Shown here: positions 30,253-40,457 of the stretch, piece by piece
How the letters are laid out: every line of letters begins with the position of its first letter
How positions within the stretch are numbered: the stretch's first letter is position 1
DNA from: a virus
Taxonomy: Duplodnaviria; Heunggongvirae; Uroviricota; Caudoviricetes
IMG/VR virus record: IMGVR_UViG_3300010429_001387
Coordinates: 64,001-127,878 of that record
Strand: one strand, 5' to 3'
Length of the DNA: 63,878 nt
Program-made: the position numbers and the translations under genes
The notes under the pieces: generated by a model
Databases searched by the model: none
Told to the model about the DNA's origin: nothing
Seen by the model: the letters and a program-made list of their open reading frames with translations, nothing else

Positions 30253-30255
30253 TCT

Positions 30256-30957
30256 CTATCTCCATTTTCTGTGATATCGAACAATACCACCTTTCATAAT
30301 CTTTCTTGGTCTACTAAGAGGTATAGGCTGTGGTTCTCCCGGAGTTGTTTCATACGTTGGAAGTGGTCCTTTATTAACAACCGAATTTCGTGCAGCACGA
30401 GAAGCCTGATAGTGTCGAATGACTGGATTTTCCACATCAGACATGTAATCAAAAATTGTGCAGTATTCATCCGGTAGAACATGAAATGGGTATTTTCGAA
30501 GGATTGACCACAATGCTACTTGATCCCACAATTGTCCAGCATTTGTACACATTTTAATCCACTCATCGATGATTGTGTACACTGTATTATTGTTTTTGAA
30601 ATACAAAGTGCCTGACAATAATTCTTCTTTGCGATTAGGGTGTCCTCGTTTTGCATGATCTAGGATATGTGCAGCTACATTGACTTCCGGACGTGCATCC
30701 AATATATGAAATAAATTTGGATACTGTAAAAATTCCGCATCGGCGTCAACATAAACAATTGAATGTGGATTGAATTGCTGCAACATATCTTTCAAGAAAC
30801 GAGGTTTATATTGCACACCCTCATACCAACTGTTGAAAGCATTAACTGGTGTTATGTGATATGGTATTTCAAATTTTCGCAAAGAAGTGATTAATCGCTT
30901 GACTTCTTGTTCATAGACTGTGTTCTTACTATAGTAAGCAACAACAATGAAATCCAT
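30256..30957 (-). CDS. GT-A glycosyltransferase (nucleotide-diphospho-sugar transferase-like)
   Basis: YKPRFL, VYVDADA, LLSGTLYF, WDQVAL, IRHYQASR. Confidence 0.75.
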   Translation of the reverse strand: MDFIVVAYYSKNTVYEQEVKRLITSLRKFEIPYHITPVNAFNSWYEGVQYKPRFLKDMLQQFNPHSIVYVDADAEFLQYPNLFHILDARPEVNVAAHILDHAKRGHPNRKEELLSGTLYFKNNNTVYTIIDEWIKMCTNAGQLWDQVALWSILRKYPFHVLPDEYCTIFDYMSDVENPVIRHYQASRAARNSVVNKGPLPTYETTPGEPQPIPLSRPRKIMKGGIVRYHRKWR

Positions 30958-30960
30958 TTC

Positions 30961-31797
30961 TCACATCTCCTGAATTTGTTGTGGCAAAGAAGGAATATGT
31001 AATTGATTACAAATATCACTAACCGACTTTAAAGCTCTGTTTGTATATGATCCTGATTGAACTTTATCAATAGTTAGATTCAAATTAAATTTACCATTCA
31101 ACATTTGCAAAAGTTCATATTTTGTTACTTGTTGAGGCGAAAATACATGTGTTAAAGACGGTTCCCACAAATCATTTTCAATGATTTGAACACAAATCTT
31201 GCCATATTGTTTGGTTGTAATACCATTCCAAATGTGGTCAGAAAATCCTCGAACTGTATTTCCCCTTTGAGATTTAACCCAAGCAATCAATGAAGCATCT
31301 TTATGAATTTCCTCACCAATAATTGAGGTACGGATGACCATTGCATTTTTTGGCTCACCCAAAGATTTAGATTGACCATATAAATCCGTTGCATCATGTT
31401 TATCATATTCATCATAAGGTCCAAACTCACCTGAAAACACACAATCAGTTGTAATATGAATAAGCTTTGCACCAACCTTTTCACAATGATTTGCCAGCAG
31501 ATGTGGAAATACAGAATTAATATAAATTGTGTTGGCAGGACCAACTTTCTCAACAAAAGGCTTAATGACTCCAATACAATTAATTACATAGTAGCCTTCT
31601 TTAATCAATCTCCAGTTTGGTGGAGTTTCAGCATCTAATTCAAACGAATATATGGGACGTAAAGGAAATTTGGCACATGTTAAATCATATGAACTTCTAC
31701 GGGAAGTTAAAATCGGCTTATATCCAGCAGTAATAAATTGTTTGGTAACCGCATTGCCCAACATCCCGGATGCACCCAATATAATCACTTCATTCAT
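30961..31797 (-). CDS. RmlD/WbvR-like NDP-4-keto-6-deoxyhexose reductase
   Basis: GASGMLG, VINCIG, HITTDCVFSG, YGQSKSLGE. Confidence 0.88.
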   Translation of the reverse strand: MNEVIILGASGMLGNAVTKQFITAGYKPILTSRRSSYDLTCAKFPLRPIYSFELDAETPPNWRLIKEGYYVINCIGVIKPFVEKVGPANTIYINSVFPHLLANHCEKVGAKLIHITTDCVFSGEFGPYDEYDKHDATDLYGQSKSLGEPKNAMVIRTSIIGEEIHKDASLIAWVKSQRGNTVRGFSDHIWNGITTKQYGKICVQIIENDLWEPSLTHVFSPQQVTKYELLQMLNGKFNLNLTIDKVQSGSYTNRALKSVSDICNQLHIPSLPQQIQEM

Positions 31798-31903
31798 TTC
31801 TTTCTCCTGTTCGTAGGATCATAAATATCACACAAAATACACGCCACAATTGCAGCAGCAACTATTATAACAATATCTAATCCAACAAGTGTTATCAAAC
31901 CAC

Positions 31904-32455
31904 TCATCGGTATTCAATGCTCCACAAATCTGCACCTAAATAATCCCAATCCATACGAATGTCATCACCAGTACTTTCTTCCAATGTTTTATCTGAAAAG
32001 AACTGTAAAATGGTTCCATCCGTTATATTCATGAAGCCATTAAAATTTCCTGCTGGAATTTTCAAAATCATTGGATGCTCATATGTTAAAATGGTTTTAG
32101 TGATGTTTAATTTTGCAAACCTATCATTAAAAGCAGATAAGGCATCTTCCTCGTCCATACGGTCATCATCAACTTGTTCTTCTAACAAATCAACGTCCCG
32201 TTGCAAAACATTCACATCCTGAATTGAAACTGTACGAATTAGTGCTGTGCCAGCAAGCACCGTCACATATTTTGTCTCCTGTTGATGCCCATGCCAAGCT
32301 CGAACAAAGAACTTACCATGATTTCTCACAAGATATGTTCGCTTGATATTTCGTTCTACAAAATTAAAATCATTATAGAACATCAATGAACCACGATCGT
32401 CAACTGAAAGACCACCTTGAATTGTTTCCATAAGTAAATTCCTAACTAAATCCAA
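31904..32455 (-). CDS. RmlC-like cupin NDP-sugar epimerase
   Basis: DDRGSL, VRAWHGHQQE, IPAGNFNGF, DDIRMDWD. Confidence 0.8.
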   Translation of the reverse strand: MDLVRNLLMETIQGGLSVDDRGSLMFYNDFNFVERNIKRTYLVRNHGKFFVRAWHGHQQETKYVTVLAGTALIRTVSIQDVNVLQRDVDLLEEQVDDDRMDEEDALSAFNDRFAKLNITKTILTYEHPMILKIPAGNFNGFMNITDGTILQFFSDKTLEESTGDDIRMDWDYLGADLWSIEYR

Positions 32456-33396
32456 CGTTTGTAAAGCTGTTCGATCGCTGCTTGATTACTATATATGGGA
32501 TCCGCAGGGTTTTTAATGCGTGCTTCTTGGATCACTAATGCTATTTGTTGAATTCCTTCTTTTAACATCCAGGCTGGTTGCCATCCCAAAGCATCCCATT
32601 TTGCAGTAGATACTCGATAGTTACGTTGATCTTCATAACTCATGTCAACTTTTTCAACGACACACCCAGGAATAAGATCTTGGATGGCATGAGCAATTTC
32701 CCAAATTCGAGCATTTTGACTACTTAAGTTGTACAACCCTGAAATGCTGTATTCCAATCCATGTATAATCGCTCTAGCAACATCTCGCACATGCAACAAA
32801 GGACGCCATTGATCACCACCAAATACAGTCAGCTTCTCTCCACACACTGCACGCTTAGTTAGAATGTTCACGACCAAATCTAATCGGATGCGTGAATGGG
32901 CATCTCCAAGACCATATAGCGTCCCTAAACGGAAGACCAGAGCATCCGGACGATTTTTCAAAATGTATTGTTCCGCTTCAAGCTTAGTAGATGCATAAAC
33001 TGAAAGAGGATTTGGTGTTGATGTTTCGTCAATTAAGTCATTGTTAACACCGTAAACACTGCATGTCGACATGTAAATTAACTTGCCTTTAAAATTATCT
33101 ACAATCCATTTTACTGCATCGCAATTAATTGATTGTGTTAAGAAAGGATCAGCAGCACACGCTCCATCTCCCACAATCGCTGCTAAAAGCACTACATTTT
33201 TAAAGTGAGGAAGAAGTTTAGAAAGTTTTGGCCGATCTCGAATATCCCCATAAATGAAGGGAACTTTTTTCATGAATCGTGTTTCATAAGCAAGATTATC
33301 ATAAACAGTTGGCCTATAGGCTAAATATTGTAATTGGTCCGTAAGATATCCACCGATGTACCCACAACCTCCCAAAACTAGAACACTTTCATCCAT
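32446..33396 (-). CDS. NAD-dependent NDP-sugar epimerase/dehydratase (extended SDR)
   Basis: GGCGYIG, STCSVYG, YASTK, RLDLVVN. Confidence 0.88.
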   Translation of the reverse strand: MDESVLVLGGCGYIGGYLTDQLQYLAYRPTVYDNLAYETRFMKKVPFIYGDIRDRPKLSKLLPHFKNVVLLAAIVGDGACAADPFLTQSINCDAVKWIVDNFKGKLIYMSTCSVYGVNNDLIDETSTPNPLSVYASTKLEAEQYILKNRPDALVFRLGTLYGLGDAHSRIRLDLVVNILTKRAVCGEKLTVFGGDQWRPLLHVRDVARAIIHGLEYSISGLYNLSSQNARIWEIAHAIQDLIPGCVVEKVDMSYEDQRNYRVSTAKWDALGWQPAWMLKEGIQQIALVIQEARIKNPADPIYSNQAAIEQLYKRWI

Positions 33397-33436
33397 AATC
33401 CTTTCTCCTCAACCCTTAAATTTAAACATTTCTTTT

Positions 33437-34286
33437 TTAAAAAAAATCTTTTATAGACATATCCATAACTTTGTGATAGTACAATGCATCCTGCCAAAGT
33501 TCGTCTAGTGTTTTGCCTCGAGCAACAGTTTTCTCTTCAAGATATTCAAATGTTTGAGGTTCATTGTCTTGATTAAACCATTCATTTTCACTTGTTTTAT
33601 ACCAACCAAGAATCAAGAACTTTTCAGATGTGTGCTCAAATTCTACAATACGAGCTTCATCACATTTGAAGAGTTTGATTGCTGCTTGAATAAGAATATG
33701 CGATTTCATGATTAAAACCAATGCGTAAAAACTATATATTTTAATTCGTTTCCGGATATTTGCTCATTCATCATTTCTGACATTTTTAATGCTTTTAAAG
33801 CTTTTATAAAATCATTGGGCATTTCTAACTCAGTTATTGGCAAACCTTCATATGAATTTGCAACAGAAATTACCTCACCAATCACAACATAACGACTATT
33901 CATTCCATCAAAAATAATGCAAAAATCTCCTGGCTTCACTTTACGATGGTCCATATAGTATTCATGTTTTTCATACCACTCTTCTGTAAATTTTTCTTTG
34001 TCAAATTCAAATTTTTTGCCCAAAACAACGAAATGTTGAAAAGAAGTACTCATATTATTCCTCTTTGAAGCGTTTAATTGCTGCTTTAATAAGACTATGT
34101 GATTTCATTTTTATCTTCCACAGGACAATTTAAAGCCTGAAAACAGGCAACCATGTGCTCTTCAGTATCCCAAGAATCAGTAAGAGGATCATAATAATTC
34201 ATGGCTAAAGCATATTCATATGGATCTTCTGCTCCGCACTTTAAACAAAATGCTCCAGGCCATCCAGACCATCTATGTATTGCCAT
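33437..34286 (-). other. three small phage hypothetical ORFs (33437-33721, 33712-34053, 34095-34286)
   Basis: tiled ORFs inside the sugar cluster. Confidence 0.55.
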
Positions 34287-35149
34287 TAGAAAAAACTCCT
34301 CTTCAAATTATCTTGACTTGGTAACGTTTGATGTGCCACAACTGAAGCATGTAACATTCGAGGATCATTATTCCGAAATCGCATGCACGCTCTACGATGC
34401 AAATCTGCGAATCCTGCAAATGGAAGTTCTCGGATAGTCTTCGGTTGCACATAAATAGCAACATTTTGAGCTTCTGATGAGGTGTCAAAATATCCCAGAT
34501 CCTTCCAAGCTTTAGTAAAACCAACTTCAATTCCAATGTCTTTGTAATTTTTCATACCATAGGAAATTAACTTTTGAAAGGTCACAGTTTTTGTAATTGC
34601 AGCAGGGAAACATAGGTAATACTCGTCTGCGATTTCAGGACCTTTAATCAAGAATTCATCATCATTAACCTTAATCCAATTGTGGTACAGGTTAACAAAT
34701 TCAAGATACTTTTCTTTATTAGGTCTCTCAACAAATCCGGGAACATTAAGAAGATTTTCTTGAAATACATGAGTGTTGTAATTTATCCACCCAATATTAT
34801 ATCCATCAAATATAGCTTTCAGCATATATTTAGAGGGAATTCTATTAATAAGTACATGATCTTCGCAGTAGAAAAGATATTCCTCATTAATTAACTGGAG
34901 TCCCCGGAGAATGTTGTTGAGCATGGTTCTATTTCCACTGCAAATGCCTGACGTCACTTGCCAGCCAAAGTCGTGAGCCCAATCCTCCAAGGCATGTTCA
35001 CAGCCATCAATGCCTGGTTGTAAATCAATTGAAAGAACCTTGTTATCAAATGTTTGGTCGTCTTGTTCTTCAATTGATTGCAGAAGATTTAATGTTCTCT
35101 CTAAACGATGTGGAAGATTAGTTGTAATAACTAAGCAAGCAAAACTCAT
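34286..35149 (-). CDS. putative GT-A (GT2-like) glycosyltransferase
   Basis: N-terminal LVITTN...RTLNLLQSI; EEYLFYCEDH. Confidence 0.55.
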   Translation of the reverse strand: MSFACLVITTNLPHRLERTLNLLQSIEEQDDQTFDNKVLSIDLQPGIDGCEHALEDWAHDFGWQVTSGICSGNRTMLNNILRGLQLINEEYLFYCEDHVLINRIPSKYMLKAIFDGYNIGWINYNTHVFQENLLNVPGFVERPNKEKYLEFVNLYHNWIKVNDDEFLIKGPEIADEYYLCFPAAITKTVTFQKLISYGMKNYKDIGIEVGFTKAWKDLGYFDTSSEAQNVAIYVQPKTIRELPFAGFADLHRRACMRFRNNDPRMLHASVVAHQTLPSQDNLKRSFF

Positions 35150-35150
35150 A

Positions 35151-35915
35151 TTAATCCTCTTTCAGATTTCCATACTTAGCATCAAATTCATCATTAAATT
35201 TCTTCCATTCACGCCGTTCTGTACGAATATCAAGACAAACATTATGAAGCAAAGCATGCAGGTCAATGAAATCATAGTCAGGATTTTGTGGACATTCTTT
35301 TAGATTAGGATCTTTTCGCCAATTAAATCTTGGTTCATTCCATTTCCTAAATGGTTCAAAATCCATAAGAATGTGGAATAACGCTTTATTGATATCACAC
35401 AACGATAATGAAGCAAACCAACAGTCACCATAATCCTTCCAAGAAATATCTTTGTGAAGACAAGCATCTGCATATCTTATAACAACTGCTAAGTCTTCAG
35501 GACAAGCATATGGGGATTGTATAACAGCATATTTTGCCAATGCTCCTAGAATATCAGTTAAAGAAGTAATTTCTTTAGTTGACCATTCAGGTTCATTCGC
35601 CAATCGTTCATACGTGGGAGGCATGTTATTAATTACTGCTGCTAACTCATTCATACAAGCAGGATTAACAAAACCTTCATCGGTTAATAGTGGTTGGCTT
35701 AGGAATTCAATATCCTCAAAATTGTCCATTTATTTCTCCAAAAAACCTTTGCATTTACCATCAGATCCAATTTTAATCACGGAAGGCATTACACAACAAT
35801 TTCGATAATTAAAAGAACAATTTCGATTTTCACATTTAATCTCTGGCATATCCCAATCTCTTGAATATGGATGGCGTCCAGATCCAGGACTATGTCGGAA
35901 TGATTTTGTTTCCAT
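35151..35915 (-). other. hypothetical ORFs 35151-35729 and 35730-35915 (Cys-rich)
   Basis: abutting ORFs. Confidence 0.55.
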
Positions 35916-35917
35916 GA

Positions 35918-37003
35918 TTATTTCTCCAGATTTTCAATTATTTCAACAATTTTAGTGGCAGTTGAACCATCCCCCAACCAACTTGAATCAATTTGTCGCA
36001 CCCCACCAATAATGTCATCCAACCAGGATAATGATTCACTCCAAGGAGAATCCAAATCTTTCAATAAATATGAACAATCGGCGTCCATGGACTGAGGACG
36101 TTCTGTAAATTCTCTAGGAACAATAACAGGTGTATTTAACAATGCTGGCTCTTCTTGGGCTGTTCCAGAATCCGAGATCATAAACAAGCTGTTGTATTGT
36201 GCTGAAAGAAATTCTTTGTAGGACATCAAATTAACAGCTTGGATCCGTTCCCCTAACGAAAGGTCAAAATCTTGAATTGCCTGAACTGTTCGCCCAAACT
36301 TCACGAATTTAACTGGAACCGAAAACTCAAATGAGCAGTAATTCGCATATTCTAAAATCTTCTGCAGTCTTTCTCGACTGTGGAAATTCTCTGGACGGTG
36401 TATATCCATCAAGATAAAATCACCTGATTTCTTAGTGGCAAAAATAGGGGGAGTTAATGGTGAGCAAACTTCAACAATTGTATTCCCAACGATATGAATT
36501 CCCTTATCAGGAATGGCTTCCTCAAGCAAATTCAACATATAATCAGGATGATATACAAAATGTAAATCAGAACAATGATCACACACAATTCGATTAGTTT
36601 CTTCCAACATTCGACGATCATATGATCGCATACCTGCTTCTATATGTGCAATTCGAAATCCTGCTTTCTTCAACTCAACTGCACAGGTTACTGAATTACT
36701 GTCGCCAAGGAATACAATTAAATCAGGTTGCAAGTTCTGAGCGTAAATTAAATCTAACAAAGCAATCGTGACTTTTGAAGATGTTATGTAGGCAGGTTGT
36801 CCTTTTTTACCACAACCTAAATTGAAATCAGGTTGACGAATATTTAATTCTTGAAAGAAAACATCCGAAAGCATCTGATTAAAGTGCTGTCCGGTATGCA
36901 CAAGTATATGATTGATCTTTTCAGAAGCATCTAATTTCTTGAAAACCGAAGACATTCTTACAAAATCAGGACGTATACCACTAACAGTCAACACATTTAA
37001 CAT
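35918..37003 (-). CDS. non-hydrolysing UDP-N-acetylhexosamine 2-epimerase (WecB/WbvD/FnlC family)
   Basis: GIRPD, VHTGQH, GDSNS, HIEAGMRS, HRPEN, SDSGTAQEE, TERP. Confidence 0.92.
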   Translation of the reverse strand: MLNVLTVSGIRPDFVRMSSVFKKLDASEKINHILVHTGQHFNQMLSDVFFQELNIRQPDFNLGCGKKGQPAYITSSKVTIALLDLIYAQNLQPDLIVFLGDSNSVTCAVELKKAGFRIAHIEAGMRSYDRRMLEETNRIVCDHCSDLHFVYHPDYMLNLLEEAIPDKGIHIVGNTIVEVCSPLTPPIFATKKSGDFILMDIHRPENFHSRERLQKILEYANYCSFEFSVPVKFVKFGRTVQAIQDFDLSLGERIQAVNLMSYKEFLSAQYNSLFMISDSGTAQEEPALLNTPVIVPREFTERPQSMDADCSYLLKDLDSPWSESLSWLDDIIGGVRQIDSSWLGDGSTATKIVEIIENLEK

Positions 37004-37413
37004 TGTTTTCCTCTTATTTTCTGTTTTAATTCTGAGGTTGAAACACCTTCTGTTCTTGGAAGGAATATCATACGTTTATTATACTTCATCCAAGCAATGC
37101 CTTCCAAATCGGAATCCTTCCAATCATCTCCCAAAACTAAAATATCTGCATTTAACACGAACAATTGTGCAACAGGCAACAGTTCTGATTGTTGAACAAC
37201 TTGATCCACACATTTTAATTCTCTGATAATCTCATATCTTTCTCGATATGGCATGATTGGCATGTGGTGTTTATAGGAATATACTAACTCATCCGTTGAA
37301 ACACCTACAATTAATTTTGTACCAAACATCCTTGCTCGACGAATTATATTCAAATGTCCTATATGAAACAGATCCCACGTTCCTGCTGTATATACTACAC
37401 TCTCGGCCTCCAT
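36997..37413 (-). CDS. TagD-like polyol-phosphate cytidylyltransferase
   Basis: GTWDLFHIGH, LIVGVSTD, GDDW, RTEGVSTS. Confidence 0.88.
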   Translation of the reverse strand: MEAESVVYTAGTWDLFHIGHLNIIRRARMFGTKLIVGVSTDELVYSYKHHMPIMPYRERYEIIRELKCVDQVVQQSELLPVAQLFVLNADILVLGDDWKDSDLEGIAWMKYNKRMIFLPRTEGVSTSELKQKIRGKQC

Positions 37414-38078
37414 TCCAAATCCTTTCGTTCCCTCAATAATTCACCAATATTAACTTCTGTTATAACTGCTCCTTCAGATAATTGTAAACAACTAAGAATC
37501 AAGGTAGCAATATCACCTGGAGTTGTAACAGGATATCGTTCTCCATTTTTGTATGGAATTTTAGAATCTTTTCCATAAATTGGTGAATCTACAAAACCTG
37601 GACGAATAAGAGTGATCTTTAATGTTGGAAATTGTTGACGCATGGTTAAAATAAGCATATCAACAGCAGCTTTATTTATGCAATACGTCATGTTTTCATG
37701 GTTTGGAATTTGACTTCGCTGTGAGCCAATTACAAAAACTCTCGCCTCAGGAAAGAGTAACCCAGTAACTCCTAATATATGATCTAAACTTAGCACATTT
37801 ATGGCATATGAATCACCCTTAATGGGTGTAGTAGATCCAATTGCAATTACAACAACATCAACTCTTTTAAATTTCATTTGCAGATCAACAAAGAAATTTT
37901 CAACTTCCTGATAATAAGTTGCGTCCCCAGATTTAGCTAAAGTAAAGTTATCACTATAATCTTTTTGGCTTCTTGAAAATAAACCCAAATTATAATTCAG
38001 TTCTCGAAAATGAGCAACAATCTGACTACCTATACCCCCAGTAGACCCAAACACAACAGCAACTTTAGAATTTACCAT
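37395..38078 (-). CDS. classical SDR oxidoreductase
   Basis: GSTGGIG, YCINK, IRPGFVDS. Confidence 0.8.
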   Translation of the reverse strand: MVNSKVAVVFGSTGGIGSQIVAHFRELNYNLGLFSRSQKDYSDNFTLAKSGDATYYQEVENFFVDLQMKFKRVDVVVIAIGSTTPIKGDSYAINVLSLDHILGVTGLLFPEARVFVIGSQRSQIPNHENMTYCINKAAVDMLILTMRQQFPTLKITLIRPGFVDSPIYGKDSKIPYKNGERYPVTTPGDIATLILSCLQLSEGAVITEVNIGELLRERKDLEWRPRV

Positions 38079-38632
38079 AATAACAACCCCACACGGTAAT
38101 ATTCTGATTCTGGAGGAAATGGGAGTTGTATATCAAATTTGAGCAATGTATCCACTAAATTAACACCCATTGCTTCCACAGGAATTCGACTAATTGTCGG
38201 ATGTTGACAAGGGATGGTGCTTCCGGTTTTTGTATTTTCACAAATCTTACAACTGCCCCCACCAAAACACACAGCTAAAGGATATCCTGAATCATGTAAA
38301 TTATCTTCCAGTTCTTTAAGAAGATTAAATAGTAACATAGAAGATTTTCGTCGACTTTCTTTTGTAATTTCATATTTAAATGGAGTTTTATGATAAACAA
38401 ACATTCCATTTTCATATTCACTTACAAGCTGTTTCCAATCTAAATTTGGAATAAGAGGAGGACAAGTTCGTTTCTTCCCATATTTTGCACAGTAGAAACA
38501 CAACAACTTTACCCGCTCTTCAAATATCAAATCCTGTGACGGATTAATATCACAAAAACCAAATTTCTTTTCAATTATGATATTATGCAAATCGTGTTTA
38601 TGATCCATACCATTCCAATCGTTGCATTTCAT
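38072..38632 (-). CDS. DUF2284 metal-binding protein
   Basis: CFYCAKYG..RTCPP, GSCKIC, CQHP..SRIPVEAMGVN. Confidence 0.8.
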   Translation of the reverse strand: MKCNDWNGMDHKHDLHNIIIEKKFGFCDINPSQDLIFEERVKLLCFYCAKYGKKRTCPPLIPNLDWKQLVSEYENGMFVYHKTPFKYEITKESRRKSSMLLFNLLKELEDNLHDSGYPLAVCFGGGSCKICENTKTGSTIPCQHPTISRIPVEAMGVNLVDTLLKFDIQLPFPPESEYYRVGLLLW

Positions 38633-39260
38633 TCAAAAGTTGTGGATCATTTATACGCTTTCCCATCCAATTTCTTACTTTAGGTGTTTTCCAATCCTCT
38701 CCATAATGTGCTCGTATGGACTCTTCTGGATTAGAAGGACAAGGAAATTCTCTTCCTTCAAAAACAATTGTACTTAAATTCAAAACATTTTGCAAGGGTT
38801 GGCAACAATCTGAAGCTTCCCAACACCAAACCTTTTCATCATCATGCCCAAACGCAAAAATATCTACATGCAAACTATTTATCTTGGACAAGTAAACTGT
38901 TAAACTTAACGGAATTATTAATCGTTCAGCAACATCAAAACCGGATGTAATTCGCTTCCAATGGCTGTGATCACGATCAACAAATACCGGGTTACGAATA
39001 TACAATCCCTTCGCAACAATCTCAGGAATCAGATCAATTAATTTTGGAAAATCGTCTTCCAAAATTCCCATATCAGCATCTTCATCCCAAGGGATAAAAT
39101 GTCCCGTTCGTAAAGCTCCTAATCTAGTTCCAAATGCAATCCAATGTCGTAACCCATGCTCCTGAAAAAGATCTTCTAGGATATTTAAAATAACAAGAAT
39201 ATTTTGGTGGCAACATGTCGAAGTGTGTCGACATCTAACTGTATCTGGACGACAAGACAC
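38598..39260 (-). CDS. LicD/fukutin-family phosphotransferase
   Basis: GTRLGALRTGHFIPWDEDADMGI; VDIF; YGEDWKTP. Confidence 0.88.
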   Translation of the reverse strand: MSCRPDTVRCRHTSTCCHQNILVILNILEDLFQEHGLRHWIAFGTRLGALRTGHFIPWDEDADMGILEDDFPKLIDLIPEIVAKGLYIRNPVFVDRDHSHWKRITSGFDVAERLIIPLSLTVYLSKINSLHVDIFAFGHDDEKVWCWEASDCCQPLQNVLNLSTIVFEGREFPCPSNPEESIRAHYGEDWKTPKVRNWMGKRINDPQLLNEMQRLEWYGS

Positions 39261-39264
39261 AATA

Positions 39265-39777
39265 TTAACCTTTCAACCCGTACCAGTCATCAATAGCAGT
39301 ATCAATTGAAGGAGCATGCTCAAATTTAAAATTAAACCCTTGTGAAAATTCATTAACAGCTTGTTTGACTCCAACCCAAATATCACAATAATCATGACCA
39401 CTTAAAACGCCACCAACTTTCACTTTAGGATACCAAGCTAAGATATCGGCTTTAACTGATTCATATTGATGATTTGCGTCAATATAAACAAAATCTAACG
39501 AATTATCTTGAAACATTTTTACTGCTTCTAAAGATAGTTTCCGAATAATCTTAACGTTTTGAAAGTGTTCTAAATTTTTACATGTTGTTTGATAGAGATT
39601 TTCTCCTAATCCACTGCCCCAATAATCTTTACCACATTGTTTAAATTCAATCCAGGGATCAATACAATGAAGCAATTTTACATTTAAACTTTGTAAAATC
39701 TGAAGCGAATGTTCTCCTTTTTCAACCCCAATTTCGGCTCCAAATAGGGGTTTGTCTCCAAAGATTTTTTTTAACAA
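39265..39777 (-). CDS. class I SAM-dependent methyltransferase (Methyltransf_24-like)
   Basis: GAEIGVEKG, IDPW, FVYIDANH, GGVLSGHDY. Confidence 0.85.
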   Translation of the reverse strand: MLKKIFGDKPLFGAEIGVEKGEHSLQILQSLNVKLLHCIDPWIEFKQCGKDYWGSGLGENLYQTTCKNLEHFQNVKIIRKLSLEAVKMFQDNSLDFVYIDANHQYESVKADILAWYPKVKVGGVLSGHDYCDIWVGVKQAVNEFSQGFNFKFEHAPSIDTAIDDWYGLKG

Positions 39778-39805
39778 ATTGGATTGCTTTTCTCACTATT
39801 ATTTC

Positions 39806-40453
39806 CTATTCAGCAACAACATAATAACGCTGGTTTAATTCGTTAGTCTCACCAAGCACAGCATTGATATTATTCTTTGCTGACCATTGTCTCCAAGCTA
39901 AATTTTCCCCCCATTCTTTTGCTCCTGCTGGATTAGTTTCATCTCTGGGATCCCGGTAGTCATCAAAATAAATTACTAATCCCGGTCGCATCATTGGCTT
40001 AACAAAATCCAAAGCTTGAATTGTTGAAAGATGTATGTCAACATCAATATTCACAAAAATCAATTTTTCTTGCATCAATTTATGTTGCAAATCTCTGGTT
40101 AAAGAATGCTCAAAAAGTCCTTCGATAATTTCAAATCTTGGATCTTCCAAAGGAATTCCACAAATTTCTAAATGTTGCTTCAAAACATCCCTTGGATACC
40201 AAAAACATCCTTTGCCATGGCGTTCAGGAGCCCAGACTCCTGGAGTTTCCGCAGGTAATCCTTCAAAGCTGTCAAATCCAATCAAATGAGAATTAATTGC
40301 CCAATCCATCATATGTTTAGCTTGCCAACAAAAACTGTGGCCCTGCCCTACCCCAAATTCCAAACACAAACCAAAATCTAAATTCTGGTGTGCTTGGATA
40401 AATGCTTTTTTAAAGATTTCTGTTGGTTCTGGCTTCCATAGTTCCATAAACAT
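39806..40453 (-). CDS. TylF/MycF-family sugar O-methyltransferase
   Basis: LEFGV, GFDSFEGLP, NIDVD, FDDY. Confidence 0.82.
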   Translation of the reverse strand: MFMELWKPEPTEIFKKAFIQAHQNLDFGLCLEFGVGQGHSFCWQAKHMMDWAINSHLIGFDSFEGLPAETPGVWAPERHGKGCFWYPRDVLKQHLEICGIPLEDPRFEIIEGLFEHSLTRDLQHKLMQEKLIFVNIDVDIHLSTIQALDFVKPMMRPGLVIYFDDYRDPRDETNPAGAKEWGENLAWRQWSAKNNINAVLGETNELNQRYYVVAE

Positions 40454-40457
40454 ATCC

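Noticed and set aside
29779-30957. DNA base glycosylation as the main purpose of the GT cluster
   Set aside because: No hydroxymethylase, TET/JBP or other base-activating enzyme recognised in the window; linkage to tail genes is tighter. Not excluded for the GT next to dCMP deaminase
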